From the human T2T-CHM13v2.0 reference genome, Homo sapiens, in NCBI RefSeq assembly GCF_009914755.1, contig NC_060933.1: a DNA stretch of 64,000 nt. One strand, 5' to 3'. The notes beneath the pieces were generated by a model that worked only from the letters and a program-made list of their open reading frames with translations, was not told the DNA's origin and ran no database searches. The translations under genes and the position numbers were made by a program. Below, piece after piece: positions 58,055 to 64,000 of this stretch (its first letter is position 1; every line of letters starts with the position of its first letter).

Positions 58055-58318
58055 CTAAGCAGACAAAAAGCAATGAGGAACCAGTCATAAGCAAATCTTA
58101 CCAACAAATGAATGTGAGAAGTCAATCAATATATAGTGAATTTACATTAAAAATCAAATGAGGAGAACCTTTGGAAAATGGGGTTTAAGGGGGCAAAAGG
58201 AGGGCATCATCCACACAAAAGAACATACCAAGCCACAGAGACTGAAGCAGGGTTTTGCAGAGAAGAGAATCAAAAGGTGTATTGAGAAATTTTCAAAGTA
58301 ATGACTAACACATTATAA

Positions 58319-58946
<628 letters not shown>

Positions 58947-60207
58947 TAATAACAAATATACTGTTAACCAGAACTCTTAAAACACCCCCCAGACAGATAT
59001 TCCAATTTGGACTACCTGACAACAATGAGCTACAAACTTCCTGTACCAACTCTTTTCTAAACTTACCTAGTGTAGTAGGACCTGCCAGATGCACCGTATT
59101 ACCTAACCTTGTAATGAATGCCATTGAATCCTTTCAAAGGCCAGTTCCCATCAGTTCTCCTAACTGACATTCTCACCATGCCAATAAGACAGGCAGATTA
59201 CAGGACAATTCAAGACTCATTCCTGACACATGGCAAAGTTCCTAGCCTGAGTTCCTCTCCCTTATAGACTATAGCCAAGTTGAATTTCATGACAATGATC
59301 CCAGTAAATTCACTGAATCATAAATACAATAGAGAATATGTGCATTTAACAACAAACTCCAAACAATCTCAAAACAATATACTATAAGACATAATCATTA
59401 ATCATTTTTATTTCCCTACAATGAAATCTCATCACCATCTCATTTAGCATGAGATTGATCCTGTTAGGTTCAAAACTGCCTTCATTTCTAAGGTATCATA
59501 TGTAACCAGTCTTTTATCTTTCCAGATCACTACACTTTGAAACCACTTTCAAAGGTGTTTAGTGTGAAAACTAGAATATAAATAAATGCTCTTCAGTCAT
59601 TTGTTTCAGTGTACATTCTAAGAATGTGGTTATCCCATAAGTTCCTTCCTTTTCTGTAATCTAGCAGAGTAAAACTAGTAGAACTCAAATAAAATAAGAG
59701 ATCTGTATTAGTTTCAGAAGATCTAAATAAATGGTACATGAAGAAACCAAAGAATACAATGTATTAAGTTCATTCTGTCAAAAAAAAAAAAAAACAGGTC
59801 TACAAAAGTGAAAATAGCAACCATTAAAAAAGTTTAGGCCAGGCGCGGTGGCTCACACCTGTAATCCCAGCACTTTAGGAGGCCGAGGCTGGCGGATCAC
59901 GAGGTCAGGATTTCGAGACCAGCCTAGCCAATATGGTGAAACCCCGTCTCCACTAAAAATACAAAAATTAGCCGGGCGTGGTGGCAGGCGCCTGTAGTCC
60001 CAGCTACTTGGGAGGCTGAGGCAGAAGAATCACTTGAACTCAGGACGGCGGGGGTTGCAGTGAGCCGAGATCGTGCCACTGCACTCCAGCCTAGGCGACA
60101 GAGTGAGACTCCGTCTCAAAAAAACAAAACAAAACAAAAAAAAGGGCCAGGTGTGGTGGCTCACATCTGTAATCCCAGCACTTTCGGAGGCTGAGGTGGG
60201 CGGATCA

Positions 60208-60423
<216 letters not shown>

Positions 60424-60676
60424 TCAAAATAGAAAAAAAAAAAAAAAAAGTTTAACATGATGTCTGCAACAACTGCTAACAAATTCATCAGTGGATACAT
60501 CAATTAGAAAATGATTGAAGCTCTGTCAGATTTACCAAGTAGTGGTAAAATAAAAGTTAGCCTTGGATAAAAAGGGAAAAAATAGAAAGAGACCCAAAAA
60601 TGAAAATACTTTTCCTGAGGCAAAAGATTTCTGTAATGCTTTGAATAACAAATATAAGATGGCAAAAAGTATTTAC

Positions 60677-60744
60677 CTTTGCCCAGGTAAGATGTGATTC
60701 TCTGCTGGAGCAGATGAGGCAGTGAAGACCTTTGTTTCAGAAAG
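60677..60744 (-). CDS. UBAP2: UBAP2 exon 11 (first UBAP2 exon in the window; upstream exons lie beyond it)
   Basis: catacag|CTT...AAAG|gtaaat, 68 nt; LSETKVFTASSAPAENHILPGQ(S). Phase fits the next exon. Confidence 0.93.
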
Positions 60745-63026
60745 CTGTATGGAAAGTTGAAAAATTTAATCTTATTCTACATACTACTAAACCCAAAACA
60801 CTGACTTCCTGATCATTTGTAGTCATCAGTAGTCTCTTACACTTCGCATAACAGCTATTCTAAAGAAAATGAAATATACAAGTGACCATGACAAGTAATT
60901 TTCAAGTGAATGCAATTTTTTTTTTTTTTTTTTGAGACAGGGTCTGGCGCTGTTGCCCAGGAAGGAGTGCAGTGACGTGATCTCGGCTCACTGCAATCTG
61001 TGCCTCCTGGGTTCAAGCGATCATCTCGCCTCAGCCTCCTGAGTAGCTGGGCCTCCAGGCACGCACCAGCATGCGCCACCACACCGAGCTAATTTTTGTA
61101 TTTTTAGTAGAAACAGGGTTTTGCCATGTTGCCCAGGATAATCTCCAATTCCTGGCCTCAAGTGATGCACCCACCTTGACCTCCCAAAGTGTTGGGATTA
61201 CAAGTATAAGCCATGGCGCCCGGCTGCAAGTGAAGGTAATTTTAGATTGAAAGGCCTACAAGAATGACTTCAAATCAGGAAAATGATGAGACTAATGGTA
61301 AACAACACAGTGAAACACTCAAACCAGGGCTCAACCGCAGACTCACTTCTCTATTTGTCATTACACAAAATGAGAATACCAATAAACCCACCAACAATGC
61401 TAACAGAAATGCCAAAAAGAAGTTGAGAAGGTGGCCAGGAATGGTGGCTCACACCTGAAAGCCCAACACTCTGGGCAGCCGAGGCAGGAGGATTGCTTGA
61501 GGCCAGAAGTAAGGCTTCATCTCTAGGAAAAAAAAAAAAATTGGCTGGTCGTGGTGGTGTGCACCTGTCCCAGCTACATGGGAGGCTGAGGCAGGAGAAT
61601 CGCTTCAGTCCAGAGGTTGAGGCTGCCGTGAGCCATGATCACACCACTGCACTCCAGCCTAGGGGACAAAGTGAGATCCTGCCTCAAAAAAAAAAAAAGA
61701 AGAAGTCATTAAGAAGTTTGTAAAGGTGAAATAATCGATGTTTTCTCCCCCCAAAGACAGATGTCTTTAGTACTTAATTGATCAGTAATTTTACATTTCA
61801 TTTTTATTAAACCATGAGTTTCTATTATTTTTAAAAAATTAATTTTATCACATTCTAACACATCCAATAAACCGCAAATATTCAAACCAAATAACTGAAT
61901 AAGTCTGGCATACATAGGCCCCCATGAAACCATCACCACAATTAGGACGGTGAACATATTCTTTACTCCCCCACAATTTCCACCTGTCCCTGTGGAATCA
62001 CTCAATCCCACAACTTGTCTGCATCCCCAGGCAACCACTCACATGCTTTCTGACACTACAGATTAGGCTGCATTTTCTAGAATTTTAAATGAAATCATAA
62101 AAGTATCCAAACCTTTATTCCTGGCTTCTTTCACTCAGCATAATTATTTTGGGATATATGCACACTGTTTTAACTCACTTTTAGGGCATTCAGGATAAAT
62201 TTTTTGAAACCTCAACTGACATTAATAAAAGATACATATTCTTTTTATGTTTTCAATGTGGGGACTCGGCTTTGAAAGGCTGGAAAATGTTGATCTAATG
62301 AGGTAACACGGAAAACATAAAAATGCTACTCAAAATGTTCCCATAATTCTTATCAACTCTAAATGTCTCAGAAACACTGTATAAAACCAGACTTCCTGCA
62401 TGACATACTATGTGTAAGCAGGAGGTAGAGGAGACAGTAGGTGTTCATTTTCTTCAACAATATAAAAGTGCTAAATTGTTTACCGGTTCAACAAGTCAAC
62501 AAGAAGGGCCTAAGTTGCATCCTATTCCAAAACAGGGTGTGTGGGAAGGGTTTTTTTTTCTTTTTTGGGAGACAGACCTTAGTCTGTCACCCAGGCAAGA
62601 ATGCAGTGACATGATCACTGAGGCTCACTGCAGCTACAAACTCAACCTCCCAGGCTCAAGCATTCCTCCCACCTCTACTTCCTAAGTAGCTGGGACTACA
62701 GGCACCTGCCATCACACACAGCTATTTTAAAAATTTTTTGTAGAGACAGGGCCTCCCTATGTTGCCCAGGCTGCACTTGATCTCTTGGGCTCAAGCGATC
62801 CTCCTGCCTCAGCCTCCCAAAGTGCTAGGGTTACAGGCATGAGCCACTGTGCCTGCCCCAAGGTAGTATATTTTAATATTCCCAGTGAATCCATTTTTGC
62901 CTGAAACTTACAAATTAAATCGATTTACGAAAAAGAGAAAAAATAAATGAGAACTACTATAAACATTGACATATCTAAACATGATAATAAAACACTGAAT
63001 GGTTCCCCACCCCCTTTTTTTTTTGA

Positions 63027-63284
<258 letters not shown>

Positions 63285-63444
63285 TGAGCCACTGTGCCCG
63301 GCCTTTTTTTTTTTTTTTTTTAAAGGAAGGGCCAGGCATGACGGCACGCACCTGTAATCTCAACTACTTGGAGGCTGAGGCAAGAGGATCCCTTGAGCAC
63401 AGGAGTTTGGGGCTGGAGTGAGCTGGCCAACAGTGCAAGACCTA

Positions 63445-63636
<192 letters not shown>

Positions 63637-64000
63637 TCAGGTGGCTGGGGCAGGAGAATCACTTGAACCCAGAGGCGGAGGCTGCAGTGAGCCAAGATCG
63701 TGCCTCTGCACTCCAGCCTGGTGACAGAGCGAGAGCAAGGCCCTGTCTCAAAAAAAAAAAAATTAAAGTACTTATTTTTTACAAGGTAAAATGAATCTAT
63801 CTATGGTAGTGGGTTGTTCAAACACCACTTAAAACCCAAATAATACTGTGTGTGAAGGAGTAGTAAGACCCAAGGAACAACGCCCTGCCTAAGGTCATTA
63901 AACAAGTCAAGTAGAAATCATGTTTCTTGTTTCTCATTCAAAGCAGGTCCTGTTAGCATAAATGGAAACACATATGGAGACAGAGAAAAAGACAGAATCT

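Overview
Alu-dense human (primate) genomic DNA, recognised from the translated exons as the UBE2R2/UBAP2 locus (chr9p13). The + strand carries the last three coding exons of UBE2R2 (CDC34B), including the catalytic Cys and the acidic tail, and a ~3.2 kb 3'UTR with tandem poly(A) signals. The - strand carries 19 coding exons of UBAP2 (2562 nt, 853 codons plus stop, all GT-AG and phase-consistent) and its 3'UTR, converging on UBE2R2 with a ~1.3 kb gap. UBAP2 introns hold two paralogous C/D box snoRNAs (SNORD121A/B). Less expected items: an old cytochrome b NUMT in UBE2R2 intron 4; candidate alternative C-termini for both genes; a stop-free in-frame back-splice unit in UBAP2; and several odd Alu-derived structures. 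Exon numbers and repeat subfamily names come from recall, and repeat boundaries are approximate. I found no evidence of a wholly new gene system; the findings are testable hypotheses.
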